Assembly: GCA_963775465.1 (NCBI GenBank)
Contig: CAVZIW010000001.1
Coordinates: 366,697-430,696, forward strand
Reading direction: 5' to 3'
DNA: 64,000 nucleotides
Origin: Candidatus Bathyarchaeota archaeon
GTDB taxonomy: Archaea; Thermoproteota; Bathyarchaeia; Bathyarchaeales; Bathycorpusculaceae
The position numbers and the translations under genes were made by a program. Shown in pieces: positions 20,090 through 30,865 of the stretch. The notes beneath the pieces were generated by a model. It was not told where the DNA came from. It was given only the letters and a program-made list of their open reading frames with translations, and searched no databases. Every line of letters starts with the position of its first letter. Within the stretch, counting starts at the first letter, position 1.

Positions 20090-20650
20090 TTATTGATCTG
20101 CGAAAGCTGGAACAGAAAACTCGGCTGCAAAATTGAAACTCTCTTCGCCTTTTGTGTTCCCTCTGGATTTGAGAACGATTTTCTTGGGGCTATCGTCTTC
20201 AATGTAGATTAAGTAAACTACGGATGTTCCAAGACCTAAACGTGAAAGCTGCTGAATTGCGATTTTGAACTTGTCGAACTCCTGAATTTTAGCTTTGATT
20301 TTTTCAATTGCTTCAAAAAGTATTTGAGTCTGTGCTTCGTCGGCAAAGGATATTTGGAGCTCCCCGGAGTAGACCCAGCATGATTCAGCCTCACCTTTTC
20401 CTTTTTTCCCTTTTGCTTTCTTTTCATTGGAGGACTTTGGAGGTTGTTTTGACTGGGTTTTGAGGTTTTTTTGGATTATCGCTGTTTTTTTGTACCATTC
20501 TTCGTCTTTATGGTCTTTTTCAAAGTCTCTTAGAAGGGTTCCGAGCCATTGGCTATAGTCTTCGAATAACGCTTTGTTTTGTGAGATTTGATTTGAGGCA
20601 TAGTCTACTATATCTTTAATTGTTGTGAATTGGCGTATTTCGGTTCCCAT
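20090..20650 (-). CDS. Hypothetical coiled-coil protein
   Basis: 186-aa ORF with AGGAG SD. Confidence 0.7.
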   Translation of the reverse strand: MGTEIRQFTTIKDIVDYASNQISQNKALFEDYSQWLGTLLRDFEKDHKDEEWYKKTAIIQKNLKTQSKQPPKSSNEKKAKGKKGKGEAESCWVYSGELQISFADEAQTQILFEAIEKIKAKIQEFDKFKIAIQQLSRLGLGTSVVYLIYIEDDSPKKIVLKSRGNTKGEESFNFAAEFSVPAFADQ

Positions 20651-21023
20651 AGTAGATCTCCTTTGTGAGATGTTAGCGTTTTAACTATATTTCCAGAAAC
20701 ATGGGATAATAACATTTGTCCATCCAAAAAATAACAGACTCTAAAAGTTTTGTGTTGGATTTTTCATTGAAGAAGCTCATGTGGCTTTAGTTGCAGGTAC
20801 AAAGTCAACTGAACCCCCTCATCTTCCTTTATAGAGACTTATCTCTGCATCTCTACAATGTCTAATCAGTTGATTTTGTTATTTGCGTTTAGTTTGTGCC
20901 ACAATGAGCTCTTCTCTTGGTTTTAAATAGCTGGTGGCTATTTGTGAAAAATGTGGTTCTGCAATGTATTAAAGTATTATGTATTACTATTCGCTATTGA
21001 AAAGATGTCAGGCGAATACTAAT

Positions 21024-22637
21024 CTACCGTTCTCTAAACTTAAAGAAATACAATAATCCCCCAACAACTGAAGAAGCCACTATAACCCCAATTATCGGAA
21101 TAGAATATTTAAGGTACAATGGCTGCTCTGCAACTGAAAAAATATATTCTGGACCATCAACCTCGAAAGCAACTGGTGTCTCCAGCGAAGTCGCAGTTAT
21201 TGAGTAGTTGCCTGAGTTAGGAGGCTTAAAAGTCGCTTCAAAAGTCCCATTTGAAGCTATCGTGCAGCTTAAAGTTTTGTTGAAATTCGCCCCCAAGATA
21301 TCTAATCTGACTGTTGAGGCATTAGTAACTGGGCTTAGAACACCAATCACAGTTATGTTCTCACCAAATCGTATTTTATCGCTAATTATTCCGTAATCTA
21401 AGGTTGAAGCCATCTTTACTGTATAATTTCCAGATGACTGCAAAATATTTCGTAGAGAATCTACAGCCTCTATTCTATATTGCACAATTGACCCTGCCTC
21501 TTGACCGGGTATTGTCGCACTGCAAGTATTGTTATCAATTGACATGCTGATGCTACTTTGGTCGGTCCAATTGTTTGCAGTATAGAAACAGGTTGCACGT
21601 TCAAGACTGTTAGATATGGATGAGTAAGAAAGTTCGGTTTCATTGCCGGCGAAGGCTGTTTTTGGAGCTGTTGCAGGCACCAGTGATTCGTTCCCGAATT
21701 GTGTCTTGAGCATGAATTGGATTTCTCCGGAGCCTCCTTCACCTATCAGAACTAAGTGGTAGAGGTTAGTAAATTTGTTAGTCGTTGAGTAGTTTAGAAA
21801 CATGGGTTGACCTAAGTATTCACAGCTGGCATAGGCGACTCCTCTTGATCCTTCACTCTCAAAATTGTAGCCCCCGATCTTACTGGTAACGTTAGCGTAT
21901 AGCCCTTGTTCCCATGGAAGAGGATAAGAGTTTATGCTGAGGGATTTGGCGTCATTCATTAGGTATAATCTAGCTTCGTACATATCTAATGTGTTGGGAA
22001 CTTTAACGTAGAGCTCAAGGTAGCTGGCATTTGACAACAGTTCATAGGCCCAAGAGGTGTGAAAACGTGGCAATCCACTGCTGTCTTTGCCTTCGATTTG
22101 AACGGTGTGCCAAATGTCTGTATCGAGGTTTTCTATGACCATAAAAGTTGCTTGCTCGCTTCCTTCACTTTCTCTCAAATCATTCTTTATTACAAATGAG
22201 TAGTTGCCAGAAAACTTTGGCGTAAAAAGAGGATCATCAGTTGTCGTTCCCAAATGCTCCGGAAAACCTGCAGCTTCAGTGTGCAAACTCTCCAAGTTTC
22301 CTTGTGGATTATAAACATAGATGTCATAGTCGGTTTTTGCTGCAGAAGATGTGTTAACCCATGCCCCGTAACAGTAGACATGGTAGTTATGGTTAGCTTC
22401 GAGCGGTACTACAACAGTCCAGTTCTCGCCGATTTGGATCTGACTGTTGTTTATCATTACTGGAAAAAAGGGTTTGTCAACGTATGTAATGTTTCCGTTG
22501 CTTGAGTTTACATATGTGTGAACATAGGCTGTGTAGTCGTAGGTGGAGGTTAGTTGCAAACCCAAGCAGGTTGGGATCAGAAGCAGAGCGACGACTAGTA
22601 TTACAGGTAGAATTTTGGTGTGGATTTGAATTTTCAT
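21024..22637 (-). CDS. Secreted, C-terminally membrane-anchored beta-rich surface glycoprotein
   Basis: Signal peptide, many N-x-S/T sites, Ig/PPC-like strands, C-terminal TM plus KFRER. Confidence 0.8.
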   Translation of the reverse strand: MKIQIHTKILPVILVVALLLIPTCLGLQLTSTYDYTAYVHTYVNSSNGNITYVDKPFFPVMINNSQIQIGENWTVVVPLEANHNYHVYCYGAWVNTSSAAKTDYDIYVYNPQGNLESLHTEAAGFPEHLGTTTDDPLFTPKFSGNYSFVIKNDLRESEGSEQATFMVIENLDTDIWHTVQIEGKDSSGLPRFHTSWAYELLSNASYLELYVKVPNTLDMYEARLYLMNDAKSLSINSYPLPWEQGLYANVTSKIGGYNFESEGSRGVAYASCEYLGQPMFLNYSTTNKFTNLYHLVLIGEGGSGEIQFMLKTQFGNESLVPATAPKTAFAGNETELSYSSISNSLERATCFYTANNWTDQSSISMSIDNNTCSATIPGQEAGSIVQYRIEAVDSLRNILQSSGNYTVKMASTLDYGIISDKIRFGENITVIGVLSPVTNASTVRLDILGANFNKTLSCTIASNGTFEATFKPPNSGNYSITATSLETPVAFEVDGPEYIFSVAEQPLYLKYSIPIIGVIVASSVVGGLLYFFKFRER

Positions 22638-22880
22638 GTGCTTTGCTAACCAGCTTGGAAATTTGTTTTTTAAGAGCTTAAAGTTGAAGATAATCGTTAT
22701 GAATGATAGATCTTGATTTTTGCTTCAGTTTCAAACTATATGGTTTCGTTAGTGTAGATTGATCGAGATAGTTCTTTGAGAACATTTTGTTGAATTTAGG
22801 GTAATAGTAGCATGTTAGCATCAAGTATTGTTTTGTTTTTATTCGCAGCAGCTAACCATTAGTATTGAATCGTAATACGT

Positions 22881-22893
22881 AATATATATAAAT
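22881..22893 (+). promoter_or_regulatory. TATA box of major pilin gene
   Basis: aatatatataaat about 40-50 nt upstream of ATG 22934; AGGTGA SD. Confidence 0.5.
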
Positions 22894-22933
22894 GTAATTG
22901 TGTGTAATTTTTGCTACAGGTGAAAAACACTAA

Positions 22934-23494
22934 ATGATCCGAATACTAAAAAACCGACGAGCACTAAGCACAGTAATCACCACACTCATAATTCTAGTAG
23001 TATCAGTCCTACTCGCAAGCGTAGTTGCCTATTATGCAACTAATCTTGTCAGCACAAGAGTACAAGAAGAAAGCCTCTACGTATCCAAACAGCATGTATG
23101 GGTAAACTCAGAAGGTGTCGCAGAAGCAGCAGTAATGGTAACAAATAACGGTGGACGAGACGTTGTAATCAGCAAAGTTTCCACTCGAGGACAAACAAGT
23201 GAATGGACAAGTGTGTTCTATGAAGTAGCAGACCCAGAAGTAGATGACCTCACTGTCGACTTAGCATACATAGCAGCCCCCGTAACAGCAGCTAGCGACT
23301 TAGGATTAGCAGCCACTGCAACTGCGGCAGCAAGAAATCTAATCCTACCTTCAGGATCAACAATGGTCATATACGTTAACAGTCCTGACAGCATCGGCAT
23401 CACTGATATTGGATTAACAGTCAGCATCGCTCTCCACACAGCCAACGCCGTCTACTACAGTGAAACCAACATTCAGGCAATCACAGGAACCTAA
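22934..23494 (+). CDS. Type IV pilin/archaellin-like major subunit (intact)
   Basis: Class III signal peptide KNRRA|LSTVITTLIILVVSVLLA; NNGGRDVVI motif. Confidence 0.88.
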   Translation: MIRILKNRRALSTVITTLIILVVSVLLASVVAYYATNLVSTRVQEESLYVSKQHVWVNSEGVAEAAVMVTNNGGRDVVISKVSTRGQTSEWTSVFYEVADPEVDDLTVDLAYIAAPVTAASDLGLAATATAAARNLILPSGSTMVIYVNSPDSIGITDIGLTVSIALHTANAVYYSETNIQAITGT

Positions 23495-23544
23495 AAATCT
23501 AATATAACCGTCGCAATCTTTTTTCTCTTTTTATCATTTTCCAC

Positions 23545-24240
23545 GTTTGTTATTTTTTTTACGCACAAGACCACATATCCAAAAAACACGTAAACGCTTC
23601 TCAGGAGAACAAAAAACAAATGAGAAACATACTAAGAAATCGTATGGCTCTAAGTACAGTCGTAACAACGCTGATCATCCTTGTCGTTTCAGTGCTACTC
23701 GCAGGAGTCGTAAGCTACTTCGCAATCAACGTCACCAGCACAAGAGTACAAGAAGAAAGCCTCCAACTCACAAGCCAACACATCTGGGTCGACTCAGAAC
23801 GGTGATAGCCCAAGGTGCAATAATGATCACTAACACTGGCGGACGAGACGTCGTCATAAACAAATTAGCAGTCCGAGGCCAAACAAGCGCATGGACATAC
23901 TAGTATTCTACCTCATGGCAGCAACAGGCGATACCGGCAAAACCACTGACTTACCACACCTTCAAAGTCGTACTAGTTGCATGCTGGCAAGGTTGACAGG
24001 ATTCGCAGCTACATTAGCAGCAACCGTCAAGGAACTTGGTCTTGCCATCAGGCAAACAATGGTAATCTACGTTGCAATCACCAGACAGCATAACCATCAA
24101 CGACATCGGCCTAACAGTCGCATTCACAGTGTTCACATCACAAGCAATGTACTACAAAGAGACCAACGTAACACGCAATACGCCTAATCGCATAAGATAA
24201 GCATAAATCAACAATAACCCCCTCCTCCCTTTCTTTATAC
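23545..24240 (+). repeat. Pilin cassette copy A of a direct duplication (partner 24594-25300, offset about 1049 bp)
   Basis: 75-bp upstream region identical, about 170 bp of 5' coding sequence near-identical, shared cctcctccctttcttta tail. Confidence 0.9.
23620..24200 (+). pseudogene. Type IV pilin paralog A, multiply frameshifted
   Basis: RNRMA|LSTVVTTLIILVV; conserved blocks (TNTGGRDVVINKL, SPDSITINDIGLTVAFTVFTSQAMYYKETNV) lie in different frames. Confidence 0.8.
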
Positions 24241-24593
24241 CTAAAAAAATAAAACAATTTTCCGCGATAATAATCTGTAATCTACAATCACACATAGTGG
24301 CATTTTCCATCAAGATTAACTTGTCAACTTGACAGAACGAAGTGCCAATTAAACTGTTACTATATCAATGTGATTTTAAACATTGCTAGTAGAGTTTTAC
24401 TTCATAAACTTGGCTGTTTCAAAATCGAGTTTAGCTTATTTTAATATTAACTAATTTTCTGGAGTTATGTGAAAAATACAAAGCATAGTTTTCCGCTTCT
24501 CTTATTATGATCTTTAATCTTACATTTTCATCATTTGTCATTTCATTTGATAAAAATTTCTTCAAGAATCATTTTATGCACGAAATATTGATT

Positions 24594-25300
24594 GTTTGTT
24601 ATTTTTTTTACGCACAAGACCACATATCCAAAAAACACGTAAACGCTTCTCAGGAGAACAAAAAACAAATGAAAAACATACTAAGAAATCGTATGGCTCT
24701 AAGTACAGTCGTAACAACGCTGATCATCCTTGTCGTTTCAGTGCTACTCGCAGGAGTCGTAAGCTACTTCGCAATCAACGTCACCAGCACAAGAGTACAA
24801 GAAGAAAGCCTCCAACTCACAAGCCAACACATCTGGGTCGACCAGCACGGTGATAGTCGCAGGGTGCAATAATGATCACTAACACTGGCGGACGAGACGT
24901 CGTCATCAACAAATTAGCAGTCCGAGGCCAAACAAGCGCATGGACAGACGTATACTACCTCATGGCAGCAACAGATGATACTGGCTTAACCGCTGACTTA
25001 CCACACCTCGACAGACAGTACCCAGCCGAACTGCAGCAGGCACATCCGTACAGGATTTGCAGCTCAGCTGCATTAGCAGAAGCATCAATGAACTGTCTTG
25101 CCATCAGGCGAACACAATGGTAATCTACGTTGACTCACCAGACAGCATAACCATCAACGACATCGGCCTAACAGTTGCATTCACAGTGTTCACATCACAA
25201 GCGATGTACTACAAAGAGACCAACGTAAACGCAAAGCTTACACCAGGCAAAAGATAAACATAAAACAACAATAAACCCCCTCCTCCCTTTCTTTATTACC
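24594..25300 (+). repeat. Pilin cassette copy B of the direct duplication
   Basis: Aligns to 23545-24240. Confidence 0.9.
24669..25257 (+). pseudogene. Type IV pilin paralog B, multiply frameshifted
   Basis: Same conserved blocks split over ORFs 24507-24872, 24872-25123, 25057-25257. Confidence 0.8.
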
Positions 25301-25444
25301 AAAAAACAAAGTCGCTTGAAAATGCTAAATTTACTGCAGACTAAATATTCTGATACAGATTAAGATCCAGTTTAATGTGTCTTAATTCATACACACAAAT
25401 CCCTTAATGGCATTTTCTTGAACTAAAAGTAAGGAGAAGTAACT

Positions 25445-25783
25445 TTGACCCATAGGACAACTAACACCTTTAGAAAGCTAATGCACTCTAGGTTAGCTGT
25501 TGCTTTACCTGTTACTTTTCTTATTCTTTTTGTAACATCTTTAGGTCTTGTATCAGCAACTTACTACTTCTCAATACAGAAGATCGGCTCTGAAAGTCAA
25601 ATAATAAAGATCGTTACGGCTAAAGCAGACTTTATTTCTCTAAATGACAAGATTCTCTCAACAATCTGGAACCCAGGTTCTTCCTCTACTATTAACATAA
25701 AGGATTCTGGCGGATTGACCAGAATTCAGCCTGAAAGCAATCAGTTGCAAATTTCAGTTGACGATGCTTCAAGCATATCATGA
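25445..25783 (+). CDS. Minor pilin-like protein, N-terminal part (frameshifted with 25758-26282)
   Basis: HSRLA|VALPVTFLILFV class III-like signal; AGGAG SD. Confidence 0.65.
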   Translation: MTHRTTNTFRKLMHSRLAVALPVTFLILFVTSLGLVSATYYFSIQKIGSESQIIKIVTAKADFISLNDKILSTIWNPGSSSTINIKDSGGLTRIQPESNQLQISVDDASSIS

Positions 25784-26282
25784 AGAAATCTTTGCATCTC
25801 CTATCGGCAAAGTAGTATACGAATTACCTTATTCAGTGACCTCTCAATCGGGTGTGTTCCTGGAGGGCGATAGCCGACCGATCGTGAATCAAACAGGATC
25901 AACACAGAGCCAAATGAGCATTGTTAGAGGAGCTGAACACCCTGAAATTCATCTAAGTTACAGACCAGTTGTTTCCTATTCTGCTGCAGGATTGGAAAAT
26001 GGAAAACAATTAAACACCATCAGAATTTACGTCATAAACCTGAACTCGTCAACGAGCATCGACTCACAAGGCGAGTTGCCTCTTCGAGTCAAATGCCTTG
26101 ACGCACAATTAACAACTAAAAGCTATGAATTCTCTTCCCAACCGCCTAATCTGACGATAACAGCCACAAAAGAAGATTCCGTAGGAACCGTTGTTGTCCC
26201 ATTGTCGAGCAACGCTCAGGGAGCGATAGTCAACATAGAACTTGTTGTTGTAAACGTTGCAATCGAGAGGTGGATACGATAA
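25758..26282 (+). CDS. Minor pilin-like protein, C-terminal part
   Basis: Beta-rich continuation after apparent frameshift near 25780. Confidence 0.6.
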   Translation: MTMLQAYHEEIFASPIGKVVYELPYSVTSQSGVFLEGDSRPIVNQTGSTQSQMSIVRGAEHPEIHLSYRPVVSYSAAGLENGKQLNTIRIYVINLNSSTSIDSQGELPLRVKCLDAQLTTKSYEFSSQPPNLTITATKEDSVGTVVVPLSSNAQGAIVNIELVVVNVAIERWIR

Positions 26283-26283
26283 G

Positions 26284-26727
26284 ATGCCCAGCATAATCCC
26301 CGGTTACGTGTATTCTTTATTTGCTGCGCTTATCGTCGGCACGATAATTGTTGGCAGTTGCAGCGCTATAATGCTAAATGTTAAGAATAAAGCTGAAAAC
26401 CAACAATTGAGCAACATAAACGCATACATCGCAACGGAAAGCTTAGCCTTACTTTCTCAAACGACTGCCAGCAATCGAAATTCAACACAATACCTCCAAA
26501 TACCAACCGATATAGGAGCTAGACAATACTGGGTTCGGATTGCAAATGATTCGTCACATGCTTGGATTGAGTCGGGTTTTGGAACGACAATTATCCCTGG
26601 TCAACCTGATATGTATATTCCAGCCAAGATCTCAGCTTCAGGAACTTATGTAAGCAATTCGGGTAGAGCCTATCTAATTTGTCAAATTGAAAATCAGACT
26701 GCGGTTTTAACGTTAACCAATAGGTGA
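26284..26727 (+). CDS. Minor pilin-like protein
   Basis: MPSIIPGYVYSLFAALIVGTIIV helix then beta-rich domain; within pilus operon. Confidence 0.6.
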   Translation: MPSIIPGYVYSLFAALIVGTIIVGSCSAIMLNVKNKAENQQLSNINAYIATESLALLSQTTASNRNSTQYLQIPTDIGARQYWVRIANDSSHAWIESGFGTTIIPGQPDMYIPAKISASGTYVSNSGRAYLICQIENQTAVLTLTNR

Positions 26728-28304
26728 TGTCTATGAAACTTGGTAAAAAGAAACAAGAAGAAATTCAGCAAGAAAAGAAAGCTTCAGACGAAGAAATGAT
26801 AACTTACCTAGGCATTCAAGGCTATCAAGTCCCGGAAGGGTACATTCAAATAGAGAGTTATCCCCTCAACGCACCTTTCTCTTACGCATGGATTTTTCAG
26901 GATGAATCCGACGGAGGCTACTTCTACGTTATTGACGAATTACCTATGACTAAAACAGAAAGAGAACAGTTCTATCGCTTAAAGAACATTCTAGAGTATG
27001 AACTAAAAGCTCCAAGAGTAGATGAAACCCTTGTAGATTCATTTCACAGGCAGCTACCGACAATAATCGATGCACACAAATCAGCTTTTGCAGACGGCGA
27101 TGAAGTCGGATTAAGAAAAGTAAAATACTACCTTGAAAAAGACCTCATAGGCTACGGCAAAATTGACGGACTAATAAGCGACCAACTGATAGAAGACATA
27201 AGTTGTCTTGGAGTAAACAAACCGATCTACATATATCACAGAAAATATGCCAACGCACGAACAAACATAGTTTTCACCGACGAAGAAGATCTTGACGATT
27301 TTATTACTAGAATAGTTCACAGACAAGGAAAACACGTAAGCATCGCACACCCAATTGTGGACATTACCCTTCCTGGAAAACACCGTCTTGCAGTTGCTTT
27401 CGGAAAAGAAACCACACCTGCAGGTTCAAGCTTCACAATAAGAAAATTCAAAGAAGACCCACTAACAATTGTTGACCTCATAATAAACGAAACCATCGAT
27501 GAATCCATCGGCGCATATCTCTGGATGCTCATGGAAAACAAAATGTCAGTGATGATCGTAGGACCAACTGGAGCTGGAAAAACAACTGCATTAAACGCGA
27601 TAGCTTGCCTTGTTAGACCAGATTTCAAATTGATATCCGTGGAAGAAGTTCAAGAAATTAACCTACCACAAGAAAACTGGGTATCCACCATCGCAAGAAC
27701 AGGTTTCGGTGGAGATAGCGAAGGCGAAGTTACACTCTATGACTTAATCAAATCAGCTGTAAGACATAGACCAGCATTAATTCTAGTAGGCGAAATCAGA
27801 GGAGAAGAAGCATACGTATTGTTCCAAGCCCTTGCAACTGGTCACGGAGGCCTCTGCACAATGCACGCTGACGACGTCGAAACAGTAATAAAAAGACTAA
27901 CTCAGCCACCGATGAATATTCCCCAGAACATCCTCTCATTGATGAACTGCGTTATAGTCGTTAAGCAAGTAAGAACCTCTGGCCTCAACCGAGGCAAAAA
28001 GATGTCGGGAAGAAAATTCGTAACAGTCTCAGAAATCGACAACAATGGATTACCCGGTGAAGTCTTCGCTTGGAACATGAAATCTGACACCTTCAAACAA
28101 AGCCTGGATACCAGCTATCTATTCAGAAAAATCGCCAAGAGCCAAGATGTACCATTAAGCGTTGTTCGTCAAGAATTCGCTCGAAGAAGACAAATTCTTC
28201 TCAACATGGTCGAAAAGAATCTTCGCGATTTCAAGAGCGTACACAAAGCACTCAACAGCTCAATAAATACAATCAACTTGTCAGAGACTTCTGAGGAGGA
28301 TTAG
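26724..28304 (+). CDS. Type II/IV secretion system assembly ATPase (VirB11/ArlI/TadA family)
   Basis: GYGKIDGL, FTIRKF, Walker A GPTGAGKTT, VRHRP..ILVGEIRGEEA, TGHGGLCTMHA. Confidence 0.95.
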   Translation: MMSMKLGKKKQEEIQQEKKASDEEMITYLGIQGYQVPEGYIQIESYPLNAPFSYAWIFQDESDGGYFYVIDELPMTKTEREQFYRLKNILEYELKAPRVDETLVDSFHRQLPTIIDAHKSAFADGDEVGLRKVKYYLEKDLIGYGKIDGLISDQLIEDISCLGVNKPIYIYHRKYANARTNIVFTDEEDLDDFITRIVHRQGKHVSIAHPIVDITLPGKHRLAVAFGKETTPAGSSFTIRKFKEDPLTIVDLIINETIDESIGAYLWMLMENKMSVMIVGPTGAGKTTALNAIACLVRPDFKLISVEEVQEINLPQENWVSTIARTGFGGDSEGEVTLYDLIKSAVRHRPALILVGEIRGEEAYVLFQALATGHGGLCTMHADDVETVIKRLTQPPMNIPQNILSLMNCVIVVKQVRTSGLNRGKKMSGRKFVTVSEIDNNGLPGEVFAWNMKSDTFKQSLDTSYLFRKIAKSQDVPLSVVRQEFARRRQILLNMVEKNLRDFKSVHKALNSSINTINLSETSEED

Positions 28305-28306
28305 AA

Positions 28307-29812
28307 ACGAAACCTCAAAACGGCTTTCTAGGCAAGATAAACCATTTGTTTTCCAAGGCTACAAGTGAAGAAAAAGAAAAAACTGAACGTGAACTACCGT
28401 TTGCAGTTATGATTTTCACTCTGATGGCAGCAAGCGGCATTTCCCCTTATGACAGCTGGAAAAGGATGAGAAAATTAAGTTTCCTGCCGGTGTTCAAAAA
28501 GGAAGCCGACGAAATAGTACGCCAAGTTGAAGTTTTAGGAAAAGATCCGCTGTCAGTGATGCAGTCGCGCTCTGAATCCACAAAATCAAAACTCTACAGG
28601 AATTTTCTAGGAGGCTTTGTTTCCTCAGTAAGAAGCGGGGGAAAACTTGCCGACTACATGAAAAGTCAACTAAAATCGATTTTTGAGCTGCGAAGCATAG
28701 GAATGAATAGGTCTATTGAGCGAATAGCATCTCTAGTTGAAGCCTACTCAGTAATGTTGATTGTTGTTTTGTGCACTTACATACTCTTCGTTGTTTTTGC
28801 CTCAACCAATGTTATGGAGCTTTTGCTGAATTCATCGGTGTCAATTTCGCCGATAATGTCTTACTTGATTGCTTTTATTGCAATGCCATTAATGACTGGA
28901 ATTTTTATTCTTATAGCTCACAACATGCAAGCCAGTGCTTTTCCAGATTTGAAAGATGTCTATAAAAAAGGGCTAATGCTCATTATCCCAGCCTATGCTG
29001 TAATAGGCTTTTTTGGATTATATTCACCTATGCTGGACGCAATTGCTCCGATGGGGCTACCAGAAATCACTACAATATGCTTAGTTGCTGCGTCACTTCC
29101 GATGGCAATCCAATACTTTCGAATTGCAAAAATTAACTACAACGCAGAAGACTCAATCCCCAGCTTCATCCGTGACATAACAGAATCACAAAAGACAGGC
29201 TTATCACCCGAAAAAAGCATCGTACAAGCAACAAAACGCAAAGACTATGGAGTATTCTCAAAATTCCTCCTACTTATACGAAGCCAAATTGAATGGGGAA
29301 TACCACTAAGAAAAACCTTCGAAAACATGAAAAAGCAAATTCGAAGCTGGTTTGTTGTCGTAAATTTCGCCATGATGGTCGAAACCATAGAAATCGGCGG
29401 AAATTCAATACAATCATTAGAAATTCTCTCGGAATATAGCGAAAAAGAAAGAGAATTACAAGTAAATCGCCGAGAACTCTTAAAACCCTACATAATCCTT
29501 GCTTTCATCTGGAGCGCACTAATTGCAGTTACAACCACGATTGTAGCCTTAACAACTGGAATGATGACCTCAGTTGTCAGCACCAACTTAGCATCCGCAG
29601 GATCAATGGCTATGGGAAATCAACTAAACGTATTCTCAGTTGGAATAATAATCCAATGCTGGGTCTCAGGCTTCTTTATCGGAAAAATAAGCGAAGGAAA
29701 CTTTGGAGCTGGCTTCAAACATTCAGCACTATTAGCTGCAACAGCTTATGGTTCACTTGTAGTGTCAAATCTTCTCTTGGCTGGAGCATTCAACATAGAA
29801 CTAAAAATATAA
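28307..29812 (+). CDS. Type IV pilus membrane platform protein (TadC/ArlJ, two T2SSF domains); probable ACG start
   Basis: ELPFAV..MAASG, IPSFIRDITESQKTG, GKISEG..GAGFKH; ACG at 28307 is in frame with ORF 28346 and 6 nt after GAGGAGGA. Confidence 0.9.
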   Translation, partial: TKPQNGFLGKINHLFSKATSEEKEKTERELPFAVMIFTLMAASGISPYDSWKRMRKLSFLPVFKKEADEIVRQVEVLGKDPLSVMQSRSESTKSKLYRNFLGGFVSSVRSGGKLADYMKSQLKSIFELRSIGMNRSIERIASLVEAYSVMLIVVLCTYILFVVFASTNVMELLLNSSVSISPIMSYLIAFIAMPLMTGIFILIAHNMQASAFPDLKDVYKKGLMLIIPAYAVIGFFGLYSPMLDAIAPMGLPEITTICLVAASLPMAIQYFRIAKINYNAEDSIPSFIRDITESQKTGLSPEKSIVQATKRKDYGVFSKFLLLIRSQIEWGIPLRKTFENMKKQIRSWFVVVNFAMMVETIEIGGNSIQSLEILSEYSEKERELQVNRRELLKPYIILAFIWSALIAVTTTIVALTTGMMTSVVSTNLASAGSMAMGNQLNVFSVGIIIQCWVSGFFIGKISEGNFGAGFKHSALLAATAYGSLVVSNLLLAGAFNIELKI

Positions 29813-29824
29813 AGGAAGACGTCT

Positions 29825-30865
29825 ATGCCAACAAGCTCAATCGACACATTCTTTGCGTGCACAGTAATCTTAGCCGCAGCCCTAATAGCGACAGCTTCAG
29901 TGGCCTCAACGCTGCAACTTCAAATTAATGATTCACAAGATCTAAACAAACAAAGTTACCTCAATGCATTAGCTGACCACATAATTAACAGTCCAGGTAC
30001 CCCGCCTAATTGGGGAACTACTAATACTTCCCTGACTGATTTTGGATTGGCAGCGACTGAGTCTCAGAGTTTTTCCGAATTAGATGTAAACAAGATAAAT
30101 AAGTTGTACAACGCATCTCTTTGGTCCTCAGAGTTTGGTGCTTCGACAAGCATCTACAATACTGCATTAGGATTGAAAGCCTCACAATTACTCGAAATAC
30201 ACATACAACAATCAGGCAACAGCACAATCAATCACTTGACCACTTTTACATTCAATATATCCACAAGCATTAATTCGAAACCAACAAGCGCAATCTTGCG
30301 CGCTTACACAAAAGCAGAAAATTTTGAAAGCAACATCACAACAAGCACTGCAGATAATGGCCGATGTAATTTATCAATCGAAATACCCGAAACCGCTACT
30401 AACACTTCTTTCCTCATTATCTTTGCAAGAGCACCAATTGACAGTAGACTAACCTCATTTGCCATCTACAATATCGACAACTCAACTCAAGAATTCACAC
30501 CCAACGATAATATTTTAAACATTGAGGGCCCAATCAACAACAGGTTAACATGGAATTCAAATGACTCATCTCTTCAAATAGAAAAAGCAGAAATTTTCTC
30601 TTTTGGATATGCACAAAATGTCTCAGTCGCTCAAGGCACCTCTTATTGCATGCTACCTAATCTAATTGATTCGAGTCCTCAAATCATAATTCTAAATGGA
30701 CATTCTAACGGAAGCTATTTTCAAACATGGACCGCCAACCCAAGAATACCCTTTGAAATCGGCTCTGATTTTAACCAATCAGAACAAAACGTCTTCGCAT
30801 ACTTGATTACCATCAAAGAAAACCTCTACAAAGTTGAGATAAGTTTCGGAGACTTACAGCTTTGA
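29825..30865 (+). CDS. Pilus-associated minor pilin/adhesin-like protein
   Basis: N-terminal hydrophobic helix, PGTPPNWG...FGLA motif, N-glycosylation sequons. Confidence 0.7.
   Translation: MPTSSIDTFFACTVILAAALIATASVASTLQLQINDSQDLNKQSYLNALADHIINSPGTPPNWGTTNTSLTDFGLAATESQSFSELDVNKINKLYNASLWSSEFGASTSIYNTALGLKASQLLEIHIQQSGNSTINHLTTFTFNISTSINSKPTSAILRAYTKAENFESNITTSTADNGRCNLSIEIPETATNTSFLIIFARAPIDSRLTSFAIYNIDNSTQEFTPNDNILNIEGPINNRLTWNSNDSSLQIEKAEIFSFGYAQNVSVAQGTSYCMLPNLIDSSPQIIILNGHSNGSYFQTWTANPRIPFEIGSDFNQSEQNVFAYLITIKENLYKVEISFGDLQL

Noticed and set aside
23545-25300. Diversity-generating retroelement TR/VR pair
   Set aside because: Differences are not adenine-specific, include indels, and no reverse transcriptase is in the window.
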